From Nitrospirota bacterium (GTDB taxonomy: Bacteria; Nitrospirota; UBA9217): a stretch of DNA of 64,000 nt. The notes beneath the pieces were generated by a model, which worked only from the letters and a program-made list of their open reading frames with translations, did no database searches and was not told where the DNA came from. A program made the translations under genes and the position numbers. Positions 52,743 through 62,980 of this stretch are shown here, in pieces (within the stretch, counting starts at the first letter, position 1; the number at the start of each line of letters is the position of its first letter). The stretch is from the NCBI GenBank assembly GCA_963826885.1, contig CAWGYL010000002.1:129756-193755 (forward strand), written 5' to 3'.

Positions 52743-52924
52743 TGAAGATTCCCTGTTGTGGCATCCTTGCTAACAGTTGCATTCCCGGCGACACAAGTGG
52801 TTTTTTGGATTCGAAAGGACATTCCCATGCCGCCGCATTGATAACAAGTAATTAGCTCTTCGGAATACAGTATCATAGCCTCGGCTGACATGCAACTTAC
52901 ACTACCATTAAACCGTCGGCGGGT

Positions 52925-53030
52925 GCAACTGCCTTAGAAGAGGAAGGACAGTGGACTAAAAAGTTCAAACGGAATTATTCACTTTTGTTATCAATTCTGC
53001 CCTCCAGCCTTCACCTCCCATGAAGAGGTT
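52925..53030. repeat. Interspersed modular repeat, A-type copy
   Basis: caactgccttagaagaggaaggacagtggactaaaaagttcaaacggaattattcacttttg shares the GGAAGGAC...TTGACTAA.AACTTCAAAC.GAAT.ATTCA core with copies at 56570, 60775 (rc) and 63590 (rc). Confidence 0.7.
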
Positions 53031-53317
53031 TATCAAGTGCCGCCTTGGGATTTTTTGTTAAATGCTAATATGGCATCATGCTTTTAAGCACATCAGTCTC
53101 GCCAAACAGTCCGGTAATTTATTAGGGAATCAGCCATCCTCCCATTCGAGATCACCCTATTGGTGTCTCACCTTATTGATGCTGATGGCACGCCCATTCT
53201 ACAAGCCGGTTTTTTCAACCAAGGTGAATGGTCGGGCTATGCCAAACCGTTGATTCCTATATCCCGGTTCATCTTTGTGAGAGCTGATCTTCTTGATCTT
53301 ATTTCCCTCGCATTCTG

Positions 53318-54346
53318 TTAGTTCGTCCGCAGCAAACTTGCATCATAAGGTTTTCGGTCACGAAGCACGTAAAAGATAATCTCTATCAATTTTCTTGCTA
53401 ATGCGACTACTGCAGTCTTGTTGCCTCTTCTCCTGGCTATACGTTCATACCATTTCCTCAATGGTTTGCTTTCACTGTTTGTACTTCGTAATATTGCATG
53501 CGCACTCTGAACTGCTACGTGCCTGACTTCGCTTCGTCCCTCGCGGGTTATATGGCCATAATCAGCCCGCTCTCCACTACTAAACACACTTGGCACAAGA
53601 CCGCAATAACTCGTTAACTGCTTTGCTCGCTTGAATCGCGTTATGGTCGAGATCGCGGCATAATAGGTCTTGGAGGACACCTCGCCGACTCCGGGCACGC
53701 TCTTCAATAACGCAACATCCTTATTTTGGTAGTCCGCAATCACGTCATCCAGCACGTCTTTTTGCTTTCGGAGCTCTGCAATCGCTTTCCCATAACTCTC
53801 AACGATTGGATTTAGGTGTTTTGGAACGCTTTTATTCTCCTGGAGCCTTGTAAAGATCGATTCATCATCGAAAGCTTTTGTCTTGAGTTTTATTCCTTCT
53901 TGTCGCAACATGCCCCGTAGATGGTTCTTAAGGCATGTTGAACTCTTTAAAAGTTGGTGTCGAGAGCGTAAGAGATCGCGTAACTCTCGGCTATCGCCCT
54001 CTGCCATATACACTCTTTCGGGCAATTCGTCTATCCGTAATAATTTTGCAAGGAATATGGCATCTACCTTGTCGGTCTTCTTCTTGTTCTTGGCAATGAG
54101 CTTTACCTTGTTAGGATTAACAATATAAACGCTGATTCCCAGCTTCTTGAGCGTATCATGTATCCAACGGCTATGGCCGCCTGCCTCGACTGCTACCTTT
54201 ACAGGCTTATTCATCCATCGCTTGAAATACTGCCGATAGCCATCCTTATCCGTAGGGATCTCTTGGCTCTCGACCTTTCTTCCTTTGCCATCGGTGACGT
54301 ACACATAACTGCTTTTCTCAGATACATCGCATCCAATGTAGAACAT
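53318..54346 (-). CDS. IS110-family (DEDD) transposase, second copy, a different family member from 1356-2663
   Basis: FYIGCDVSEKSSYV N-terminus, KTDKVDAIFLAKL, and C-terminal LKSVPGVGEVSSKTYYAAISTITRFKRAKQLTSYCGLVPSVFSSGERADYGHITREGRSEVRHVAV. RBS aaggagg 7 nt before the ATG at 54346. Confidence 0.85.
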   Translation of the reverse strand: MFYIGCDVSEKSSYVYVTDGKGRKVESQEIPTDKDGYRQYFKRWMNKPVKVAVEAGGHSRWIHDTLKKLGISVYIVNPNKVKLIAKNKKKTDKVDAIFLAKLLRIDELPERVYMAEGDSRELRDLLRSRHQLLKSSTCLKNHLRGMLRQEGIKLKTKAFDDESIFTRLQENKSVPKHLNPIVESYGKAIAELRKQKDVLDDVIADYQNKDVALLKSVPGVGEVSSKTYYAAISTITRFKRAKQLTSYCGLVPSVFSSGERADYGHITREGRSEVRHVAVQSAHAILRSTNSESKPLRKWYERIARRRGNKTAVVALARKLIEIIFYVLRDRKPYDASLLRTN

Positions 54347-54665
54347 GGCGGCTACCTCCTTACTGTGATATTTGTTACTTCTAATCACATGGTAGCACCG
54401 AATATTTGTTTTCCCCCTCCTTCATAATATCTACAAGTATGGAATGTCACCCATTTGAAGGCTCCCTGTCAAGTGAAAAAATTACCCCGTGACGAGAAAA
54501 TGATATTTTCTCGAGTGGAGGTGTTTGATCGTCTGGAGTTTGATGTTGATGTGAAGATACGTATCTTCAAAGATGAAAGGCCGTAGCTCTGCCTTTTCCC
54601 GGCGCTCTTTGACGTGGCAAAAAAAAACGTCAAGGGCAGTCAAGCAGATCCTATTAGTCGTACTG
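54347..54665 (-). ncRNA. Candidate bridge-RNA-encoding left end of the IS110-family element. Inference only
   Basis: About 320 bp of ORF-free sequence immediately 5' of the transposase gene, the position where IS110-group elements encode their non-coding guide (bridge) RNA. No structure was computed. Confidence 0.25.
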
Positions 54666-56366
54666 CTAACGCGGTTCATCTTTTGTTCCTTTTTTGAGAC
54701 GATTCTTCAGCACGAGCCTCAACCACAGGCAGCCGGCGGCTGCCAGGCTGATCATCGGAAGAACCGGCAGGTTGGGCAGATGAAGGGAGGACCGAATCCA
54801 TCTCTCAAAATCGCTTTCGTTGCTGAGGAGCGCAGCAAATACGATCAGGGCCGCGATGATAAAACCGTATGCGGTGTTCATGCCGGTCGTATCACTGCTG
54901 CTCCCGATCGTTCCGGCCCCATGGCCCGCAATCCGGACCGTAGGGTTCTCGAAGAATTGGAGCACCTTGGCGCCACGTTTGAGAGCAAGCCGCTTCAGTC
55001 TTCCCATGTCGAACGGGGCCGCCTTCATTTTGTTCAACACGTCACCGAATTTAAGCTCGGTTGCGATATATTTCCGGACAAAGAACCTGAGATGCTCGAC
55101 GATCTTGATCTCCGGATCAAGGGACAGACAAGTCCCCTCGAACGTGGTCAGCGCTTTGGATACGAGGACAAAGTCGTGCGGGATGCGGATTCCGAACTCC
55201 AGGCTCGTATTTAGGAACCGTTCCATCATCTGCGAAAACGGGATGCCGGTCACTTCATAAATGGGCAGTTCAGAGAGCACCTCGTTCATCTCGCGGTGAT
55301 ACCCGGCAAGGTCGATCTCGTCCTCCCTGACATTGCACAGCTCCAGGAACGACCCGATGACCCTCTTTACATCCCCTCCCGACATGCCGTGGAGGATATC
55401 GAAGATCCATGCCCGCAGGTCTTCGGATAAATAGCCCACGATCCCGAAATCAAGATAGGCAATGGTATTTTTGTCCACGAGCATGATGTTCCCTGCATGA
55501 GGATCACCGTGAAAGAACCCGTCGATAAAGATCTGCTTCATCATGGAGTCCGCTATGAGATGGGCCACAGTTTTTCTGTCGATGCCTTGTTCAGGTGCGT
55601 GCAGTATATTGACGCCCCTTACCTGTTCCATGACGAGGATATTCCTGGTCGTATACTCGCGGTATACCTTCGGGATCTTTACTCCCGGATAGTCCTTGAA
55701 GTTATGGGAGAAGAGGAGGGCGTTCTTCCCTTCTTGCCGGAAATAAAGCTCGCGCTCGGTCCACCGCGAAAACTCCTGCACGAGCATGACCGGACGGTTC
55801 TTCCTGAGCGGGGGAACGAACCGCTCGATAAGGTACGCGAAACGCAGCATGATGAAGAGGTCCGATATCATCGCTTCCCGGATACCCGGTCGCTGGACCT
55901 TGACCGCCACTTCTTCACCCGTCCGGAGTCGAGCCCGATGGACCTGCGACACAGAGGCCGCAGCCATGGCTGTTTCATCGAATTCGCTGAAGATCTCGGT
56001 ATAGTCTCTCTTCAGTTCGCTCCGGAGTTCTCGTTGCACTTGTGCAAAGGGGAAGGGAGCGACCTGGTCCTGAAGTTTTTTGAATTCTTTGCAGAAAGCC
56101 GGAGGGATCAGGTCTGGCCGGATGCTCAGGAATTGGCCGAACTTTACATAGGTGGGCCCAAGTTTCTCCAAGGTCTCCTTCGCGATCTCTGGAGCACTCA
56201 TCCTCGGTCTGCTGCTTGTGAGATATTTGCCGATGGCCTTCTCGAATTTTGCGCTGGGGGAGAATATGAACCGGTAGGGCACGAGGATCATGAACTGCCT
56301 GAACAGGATAAAGCCGATCGTTATTAAACGCTTCATGCCTCGCAGATGGGTGAGTACCGACCCCAT
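54666..56366 (-). CDS. ABC1/UbiB-family atypical protein kinase (AarF domain)
   Basis: AAASVSQVHRARL...EEVAVKVQRPGI (VAIK-like), DGFFHGDPHAGNIML catalytic loop, and a C-terminal TM region. 566 aa. Confidence 0.85.
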   Translation of the reverse strand: MGSVLTHLRGMKRLITIGFILFRQFMILVPYRFIFSPSAKFEKAIGKYLTSSRPRMSAPEIAKETLEKLGPTYVKFGQFLSIRPDLIPPAFCKEFKKLQDQVAPFPFAQVQRELRSELKRDYTEIFSEFDETAMAAASVSQVHRARLRTGEEVAVKVQRPGIREAMISDLFIMLRFAYLIERFVPPLRKNRPVMLVQEFSRWTERELYFRQEGKNALLFSHNFKDYPGVKIPKVYREYTTRNILVMEQVRGVNILHAPEQGIDRKTVAHLIADSMMKQIFIDGFFHGDPHAGNIMLVDKNTIAYLDFGIVGYLSEDLRAWIFDILHGMSGGDVKRVIGSFLELCNVREDEIDLAGYHREMNEVLSELPIYEVTGIPFSQMMERFLNTSLEFGIRIPHDFVLVSKALTTFEGTCLSLDPEIKIVEHLRFFVRKYIATELKFGDVLNKMKAAPFDMGRLKRLALKRGAKVLQFFENPTVRIAGHGAGTIGSSSDTTGMNTAYGFIIAALIVFAALLSNESDFERWIRSSLHLPNLPVLPMISLAAAGCLWLRLVLKNRLKKGTKDEPR

Positions 56367-56569
56367 AGAAATAAACCTCCACTCGAAGATTACCCTGTAT
56401 TTGAAGCGGATTTTAAACGGTTAGGTTCTTTTTTGCAAACAATGGTATCATATCATCAAAATGAATTATTGTATAGCATGCTTGTGCAATAGCGGTATTT
56501 GCCGCGAGTGGATTATGAGGCATCCAGAGGATGGAAATTTTGCAGTTGATAATTTGGATTGTTGCAAGG

Positions 56570-56680
56570 AATGGAAATTCAACATGAACAGGAAGGACAA
56601 TTGACTAAGAACTTCAAACAGAATTTATCACTTTTTTGGCGATTCCGGCTCTCCGAGCTTCACCTAACCTACAAGTCTGT
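56570..56680. repeat. Interspersed modular repeat, A-type copy
   Basis: caggaaggacaattgactaagaacttcaaacagaatttatcacttttttggcgattccggctctccgagcttcacctaacctacaagtctg. Confidence 0.7.
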
Positions 56681-56802
56681 ACTCTCGTTGACAAAAATCT
56701 ATCCAGAATTCTACTTGATAATTGTAAATGAACGCGCCCTTCACCGGCAGGTACGCAGCGTAGCGGCGTACCTGACTGCAAGTAAGAACTGAGGTTTTAG
56801 GA

Positions 56803-57414
56803 TTAATGTCCCGCCTCATTACCCCAAAGTTCCTTAAGCCGCCGGTCACGACCGCACGTGGTACGATAAAATTTATAACGAATCGGGTTCTTCTTGTAAT
56901 AATGTTGGTGGTAATCTTCGGCGGGGTAGAACCCGGTGGCTTGCACAATTTCTGTTGCTATAGGTTCTTTAAAGGTCTTATTCTTCTCCAAAAGCGCCTT
57001 TGACTGCAATGCCAACTGATGCTGTTCTTCTGTGTGATAAAAGATTGCACTTCGATACTGATGTCCTGAATCACAGAATTGGCGGTCTTGAGCTATTGGG
57101 TCAATATTATGCCAAAAAACCTTCAGGAGTTTCTCATATGACACTTTTATCGGGTCATAGACGACCTGAATTGACTCGGCGTGTCCGGTCCCTCCGGCTG
57201 AGACCTCTTCATATGTCGGGTTCTTTTTCTGTCCACCTGTATAGCCGGATGTGACCGATACCACACCAGGAATCTCATCAAAGGGGTGTTCCATACACCA
57301 GAAGCATCCGCCCGCAAAGGTCGCTTTTTCAAGATGTGGCACACTGCCTGCGGTGACCCGAGTAACCACGAACGGCAGGACCAGCAATGTTGCCATCATT
57401 AATTTGTCGAACAT
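56803..57414 (-). CDS. msrA: Peptide methionine sulfoxide reductase MsrA, secreted/periplasmic form with signal peptide
   Basis: Signal peptide, then [12 protein letters not shown] (catalytic Cys), SGYTGG, and the full MsrA fold through ...AEDYHQHYY. 203 aa. Confidence 0.9.
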   Translation of the reverse strand: MFDKLMMATLLVLPFVVTRVTAGSVPHLEKATFAGGCFWCMEHPFDEIPGVVSVTSGYTGGQKKNPTYEEVSAGGTGHAESIQVVYDPIKVSYEKLLKVFWHNIDPIAQDRQFCDSGHQYRSAIFYHTEEQHQLALQSKALLEKNKTFKEPIATEIVQATGFYPAEDYHQHYYKKNPIRYKFYRTTCGRDRRLKELWGNEAGH

Positions 57415-57417
57415 GGT

Positions 57418-57530
57418 CGGTTCCTCTCTTTCTCTGTTACTGTTTCCGCATAGGTTCCCCCCTTTTTCAACGTCGTTTCCAATTCTTCAATCGCAATCAC
57501 CTTCGGATTGTTGCTAAAAAATAAGCGACC
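57418..57530 (-). pseudogene. Degraded remnant (last ~35 codons) of a paralog of the HMA-like gene at 372-734
   Basis: The minus-strand translation ...LFFSNNPKVIAIEELETTLKKGEPMRKQ* aligns with the C-terminus ...[32 protein letters not shown] of the 372-734 product. An in-frame stop lies just upstream. It sits directly 5' of the intact msrA, mirroring the arrangement at 372-964. Confidence 0.4.
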
Positions 57531-57673
57531 ACCACAGCGTTCCTACGACGTGTTTGGGTTTCGCTGTGCGGTCGCTATTCACCCCCCTGAGGGTTTGATG
57601 TCACATGTCACCACCTAAGTCGCCTTCTTCCCCGCGATCGCTAGGCTTAGTTCGCTACCGCTTTCACTCCTTC

Positions 57674-58372
57674 CTAGGCGGCCTTTTCCATGAGCGCCCT
57701 GGCGGCCTTTTCGATGAGTGCGGCCACTGCTTTCGGCTGCGACACGTAGATCGCGTGACTGCCTGCGACCTCGATGACAGTCGAACCAGCGCGCTTGGAC
57801 ATGAAGCGCTGAGCCGCCGGCGGGATCATCTTGTCGTCGGTGGTAACCAGGTACCAGCTCGGCTTGGTCTTCCAAGCCGCCTCGCTGATCGTGCCGTTGA
57901 GCGCGTCCAGGCCCCATGGGACTTGGGAGTCTGCCATGAATGCGGCCTTTTCAATGTCCACGTCACCCGCGAATGAGGCTGGGAACTTCGCCTTGTCGAG
58001 TAAGAGATATCCGTCCTGCGGCGCCAGTATTGGAGGCACAGGCGCGCCCGGCGGTGGATCCTTGATAAGCGTGGACACAGACTCACCCTTGTCCAGAGCA
58101 AAGGCGGTGATATAGACAAGCCCCGCTACCTTTGGATCGTTGCCGGCTTCGGTGATCACTGCTCCGCCGTAGGAGTGGCCGACGAGAACCACTGGGCCAT
58201 TCTGTAGGGCGATAATGCGCTTGGTTGCGGCGACATCGTCGGCCAGAGATATCGTCGGATTCTGAACGATGCTGACCATGTAGTCGTCCTTCTTCAGGAT
58301 CTTATAGACACCTTCCCAACCAGAGCCGTCCACGAAGCCACCATGGACGAGAACGATATTCGTTGTTTTCAT
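57674..58372 (-). CDS. Alpha/beta-fold hydrolase
   Basis: IVLVHGGF...LVGHSYGG (nucleophile elbow GxSxG) ...GSHAIY. 232 aa. Confidence 0.7.
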   Translation of the reverse strand: MKTTNIVLVHGGFVDGSGWEGVYKILKKDDYMVSIVQNPTISLADDVAATKRIIALQNGPVVLVGHSYGGAVITEAGNDPKVAGLVYITAFALDKGESVSTLIKDPPPGAPVPPILAPQDGYLLLDKAKFPASFAGDVDIEKAAFMADSQVPWGLDALNGTISEAAWKTKPSWYLVTTDDKMIPPAAQRFMSKRAGSTVIEVAGSHAIYVSQPKAVAALIEKAARALMEKAA

Positions 58373-59089
58373 TTGAAGTCTCCTTTCTTGTGTACTCGTA
58401 AAGTCAAAGTCTAGCCACAGAGAGCATTCGGAACACTTTGCATTTTAGGAGTAATTTGCATTTCAAGTTCCTCTCCCCCCTCTGTGGCCTTTTACTACAT
58501 GCGCCTTTTCTGTTTCTGCAATATTTTAAATTCCCTGTTTGTCTCTATTCTCCGCATACTTATGCCTGACTATCTTTTCTCCTTGTACCCTGGGGTTTCA
58601 TAATGTACCCTTTTTTCCATCAAACTTTTGACATTATCTGTGTACTCTCCACGATAAAATCGAGTCATTTTCTTGCCCGCCGGACACTGACGTCTTCAGT
58701 TGAGGCGTCTACACTCAACACCCGCTCTCTTCCTAAGAGCAGGCGGAATCCGCGGGATCATCTACGGACCGTGGATAAACACAATTGTCTTCGCTCCTTG
58801 AACGCTTATGCAAATTCTCTCAAGAACGATAAGCCTATTCAATAATTTAATTGTTGCTCGATTTATATGAATGTCAAGCCGATGAAAGTATTAACTCACA
58901 AACCGGCGCGATCAGGCTGGTCAGAAGGTCAAAAGGGGAAAAAAAGGGTAAAATCATCATTCGTGACATGTGTCTATGCCTTGGCGCTCCTAGGGAACAA
59001 GGATGTGCCTAACATCCCAGTGCATCATGAACGGGGATTTTTTTTAGTAGATGCTGTTGAATTCAGCTTGAAACTTTATGTGTTGTAAT

Positions 59090-59232
59090 AATGGAAACTA
59101 CAACTGCCTTAGAAGAGGAAGGACTCGGTGACAGAAAACATTATCACAAAATGCTATGATACATGATACAAAATGAAATTTACACCTTCGCTAATATTTT
59201 ATGAAACTCGGCTTCACAAGCTTGTACTTTCC
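59090..59232. repeat. Interspersed modular repeat, B-type copy 2
   Basis: aatggaaactacaactgccttagaagaggaaggactcggtgacagaaaacattatcacaaaatgctatgatacatgatacaaaatgaaatttacaccttcgctaatattttatgaaactcggcttcac; see 40968-41110. Confidence 0.75.
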
Positions 59233-59506
59233 AATATTTGAAACTATAAACGATTATTGGTAGTATCATGCATACCTGTCAGGAAGAGAAACTCGGGCTG
59301 TCGAAGCGTGATCAGGTTGTGCAGATCCTCGATGCATTCCTGGGAAGTAAGAAATTGGCAAAGACCGTATAACAGCTTACCCCTTCCAGTATGTCAGGTC
59401 TCGCATTTATTTTTTATATACGCAATGTTGAGATATAACACTATTAGAATTTCTAAAATAACAAGAAACGCAAATAGCCCTAACGGTGGGAAGATGGAAA
59501 GCAACA

Positions 59507-60142
59507 TCAATTCCTTCGATTTGAATTTACTGCCGTACGTTGGACATTTTTATTATTCTGTAATTTCATGTGAATACCGACTAGTCCCAGCAATACCGAG
59601 CCAAACAGCCAAGCTGCCGCAGGAATCGGAGTAAAAATGAGTGTTGTTGACTGGAGATACAAATCGTTGTTATCTCGCAAATTGACATCGCCAGAAGTAG
59701 AAATGTATTCCACCTCACCGCTATTAGATGTTCTGCTCACATATGTCTGAATGTAATTTGGAGTATCTTCCGACCACCCAAGTAATTCAACACTAGACAT
59801 TTCGTAATTCGTTGCATTAGTGTAAGTATAAGAAGGATTAGGATTCGGCATCGAAAAGGTTCCGAGCAAATTTCCCGACATATCGTAATAAGAGCCATTA
59901 ACAAGCCAAGAAAGATTCGGTGCGGTTGTATCACCCGAGTAAGTATCGCTCCCAATTATAATTACATTTTGATTCGTCGTTATGTCTTGACCCTGCAAAT
60001 TCAAACTACTATCAGTCTCTAATGTTCCAATTCCACTAAAATTATCGGTTACATTTACATAATTTGCTCTTGATTCATAAGTCATGCCCAATACCGCTAC
60101 AATTAAGAAAACTACCACCAAAAGCAATCTCATTCTTTTCAT
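59507..60142 (-). CDS. Secreted Ser/Thr/Asn-rich protein with a PEP-CTERM-like (VPLPA-type) C-terminal sorting signal
   Basis: Signal peptide MKRMRLLLVVVFLIVAVLG. C-terminus ...TPIPAAAWLFGSVLLGLVGIHMKLQNNK is a Pro-containing motif plus TM helix plus basic tail, matching the exosortase-substrate layout. The gene is AT-rich. Confidence 0.5.
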   Translation of the reverse strand: MKRMRLLLVVVFLIVAVLGMTYESRANYVNVTDNFSGIGTLETDSSLNLQGQDITTNQNVIIIGSDTYSGDTTAPNLSWLVNGSYYDMSGNLLGTFSMPNPNPSYTYTNATNYEMSSVELLGWSEDTPNYIQTYVSRTSNSGEVEYISTSGDVNLRDNNDLYLQSTTLIFTPIPAAAWLFGSVLLGLVGIHMKLQNNKNVQRTAVNSNRRN

Positions 60143-60224
60143 TTTTTATCCTCCTTTTACCCTACCTGTTGACAGAGATATATGCAATAATTTTGAACTA
60201 AAAGAGATTCTCTCTGGCAACAAT

Positions 60225-60275
60225 AAAAAACCCGGACTGATCATTGAACTATCACAATGATCGATCCGGGTTTTC
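60225..60275. terminator. Long perfect palindromic stem-loop, terminator-like
   Basis: aaaaaacccggactgatcattg-aactatca-caatgatcgatccgggtttt: a stem of about 20 bp with flanking A/T runs. Confidence 0.35.
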
Positions 60276-60774
60276 TGGTTCCTTTATTTGTAAGGACAGC
60301 AAAGGGCCCGCAGATACCGCCTAAAGCCTACTTCGTACACAATCGCTAATTATGGAAACCCGCCAAGCGTATATTTCCATAAATAATTTTTTTTGAGAAG
60401 AAGGGAGGATGATTTGGGTTATATGTATCACACTTATGTTAAAATCTTGTGACGATTTGATTAATTCTTAAGTGGGAATGGGTTATATATGGGTTGAGGG
60501 TGCATACTACGCGGGAATCGGTCTCAGCATTGTTGAGCGTGTAATTCAAAGGCATGGCGGGAAAGTGTGGGCTGAAGGCGAACCTGCCAAGGGGGCGACT
60601 TTTTATTTTACCGTCCCTGCAACTGTGGGGGAGATGTGAAAAATCGTTTAATTTGAAAATCAAACATGGTTTAGAGCGTTCTGAAAGGTCGGAAAAAACG
60701 CGTTTCTTAGCCTGGCCTCCATATGCAGTTTTCATCTAGTATTTCGCATAGAAACTTTGTCAACGTGGGTGCAT

Positions 60775-60860
60775 GCTTGTAGGTGGAGCCCGCAGAGCCA
60801 GGATCAGAAAAATAATGAATTATTCCGTTTGAAGTTTTTAGTCAAAGCTCCTTCCTTGAA
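60775..60860. repeat. Interspersed modular repeat, A-type copy in reverse orientation
   Basis: The reverse complement reads caaggaaggagctttgactaaaaacttcaaacggaataattcattatttttctgatcctggctctgcgggctccacctac. Confidence 0.7.
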
Positions 60861-61179
60861 AACGTTGAAGTTGCAATTCTTTGAAACACATCAATTTGCA
60901 TTCAGCAGCTGTTAACGTCGCCTACCATATAAACTCCTAAGAATTCTCATTTATTGCTAAAGTTATATGCTAATACCCCGATAAGAATATCAACCAGTTT
61001 GCAGAAGTTATTTGACTGACTCTATGCATCTATGACATTAATGATCAGAGTGTATATGCTTAAATCATAAAGCATATAAAATGATGTTAGAACAGCTAGT
61101 CCTGGTATCTCAAACGTCTTTGCTTTATCTCTCAAACAACTTGTGAGCTGTTATTTTATATTACCTTGAGGAGAATTAA

Positions 61180-62838
61180 ATGGCACACATAGATATACTG
61201 AAGCCGGCAAAAGAGAACAAAACTAAGATAGCGGATTTTAAGGTCATGGATTACCCCAGTTTGCGGCGGCCTTTGACCGTCCCCGTGGAAGAGTTGAACG
61301 AGGGCATCTTTGAAGAAGGCCTCAGGTACGACGTCTCCAATATCCTCAGCTGGCAGGTCATCCACATGCGCGGCCTATTGGATGAGCAGTTTCGCACACC
61401 CCTGTTTGATGCAATGGTCAATCTTGCGGAGAGCCGCAAGGTTTCCTTCCATACCCCCGGTCATAAAAGCGGCAAAGGCATATCCACCCGGTTTCGCGAG
61501 TTCGTGGGACCGCGCATTTTTTCCATCGACTTAACGACTCTCGACGAAGTAGACTCCTTGCAGAACCCCACCGGCGTGATCAAGGAAGCCCAGGAACTGG
61601 CAGCCAAAGCAGCCGGGGCGGACCGCTCCTACTTTCTAGTGAACGGAACGACCGTGGGCAACCATGCCATGGTGGCGTCCACGACCGGCCCCGGAGACAA
61701 GGTCCTGATAGCCAGAAATTGCCACCGTTCAGTGCTTACCGGTCTTATCATGAGTGGCGCTCAGCCGATCTTTTTCCAGCCGGCCTTTAACCGGGACTTG
61801 AAGCTCACCCTGAACGTCACATTTGAGACCGCGAAGCAGGCCATTGACGCAAACCCGGACGCCCGCGCTCTTCTGATCACCAGCCCGAACTACTACGGTC
61901 TCTGCGCGGACATTGAAAAAATCATTCCCTACGCTCACGAGAAGGGTCTTTTCGTGTGCGTGGACGAAGCGCACGGTCCTCATCTCAAGTTCAACCCCAA
62001 GCTCCCCAAATGCGCCCTTGATGCCGGCGCCGACCTCTGCGTCCAATCGACCCACAAGATCGTCGGCGGCCTAACACAGGCGTCCATGCTGCATGCAAAA
62101 ACAGGCAGGATCAATATCGACGACGTGACGAACACGCTAAAGCTCCTCCAGACAACGAGCCCCTCCTACATCCTGATGGCGTCTTTGGACCTGGCCCGGA
62201 TGCAGATGGCGACAGAAGGCAAGACACTCCTCAACCATACCATAAAACTCGCCGAGGAAGCCCGGTCCAAAATCCAGGAAATCAACGGCATCAGCTGCTT
62301 TGGCAGGGAGCGGGCGAAAGCCGTCGGCATGGCTGACTTGGACGTGACGAAACTCATGATCACTGTTTCTGACTTGGGGCTTTCCGGCTACCAAGTGTCC
62401 CATTTGCTGAATACCAGGTTCGGCATCCAGGTCGAGATGGCCGACCCTTTCCATGTGCTTGTTATTGTTTCGATCGGCGACCGGCAGGACGACCTCGAGC
62501 GTCTCGTGGAAGCCCTCCGGCAGATATCGGCAGAGACCGGCCCCCAGAGAGCGCGTCTGCCGCTGGACAAAGTCCATCCGCCGATGTTTCAGAACCGCTT
62601 CGCCATGACTCCGCGTAATGCATTCTATTCAGATAGTGAGCTGGTGAATGTTCATGATTCCGTAGGTAGGGTTTCTACGGAGATCGTGACCGTCTACCCC
62701 CCCGGCATCCCGCTTCTCGTGCCCGGAGAAGAGATATCCCAGGACGCCATCGACTACTTCCAGAACATGGCAGGCCTCGGCGCCATCATCGACGGGTTGA
62801 CTGAAAACAATACACGCGTACGCGTGTCTAAAGCGTAA
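61180..62838 (+). CDS. PLP-dependent Orn/Lys/Arg decarboxylase family enzyme (fold-type I, SpeA-like)
   Basis: FHTPGHKSGKG, SYFLVNGTTVGN and QSTHKIVGGLTQASMLH (PLP-Lys region) are characteristic of the OKR_DC_1 major domain. 552 aa. Confidence 0.85.
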   Translation: MAHIDILKPAKENKTKIADFKVMDYPSLRRPLTVPVEELNEGIFEEGLRYDVSNILSWQVIHMRGLLDEQFRTPLFDAMVNLAESRKVSFHTPGHKSGKGISTRFREFVGPRIFSIDLTTLDEVDSLQNPTGVIKEAQELAAKAAGADRSYFLVNGTTVGNHAMVASTTGPGDKVLIARNCHRSVLTGLIMSGAQPIFFQPAFNRDLKLTLNVTFETAKQAIDANPDARALLITSPNYYGLCADIEKIIPYAHEKGLFVCVDEAHGPHLKFNPKLPKCALDAGADLCVQSTHKIVGGLTQASMLHAKTGRINIDDVTNTLKLLQTTSPSYILMASLDLARMQMATEGKTLLNHTIKLAEEARSKIQEINGISCFGRERAKAVGMADLDVTKLMITVSDLGLSGYQVSHLLNTRFGIQVEMADPFHVLVIVSIGDRQDDLERLVEALRQISAETGPQRARLPLDKVHPPMFQNRFAMTPRNAFYSDSELVNVHDSVGRVSTEIVTVYPPGIPLLVPGEEISQDAIDYFQNMAGLGAIIDGLTENNTRVRVSKA

Positions 62839-62980
62839 ATCCGGCAAACCATTGAGAAGGACCAATTACGCCCAAAGATGTAATGAATCTGGCAAAAAAA
62901 CAAAGCAAAGATGGTGGATTGTCACACAATATTTGGATCCTAGGTGCATGCCGTTTCTTTTTAACAGAAAGGATATAAGG

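Noticed and set aside
55497-56327. 276-aa plus-strand ORF
   Set aside because: Antisense within the ABC1/UbiB kinase gene.
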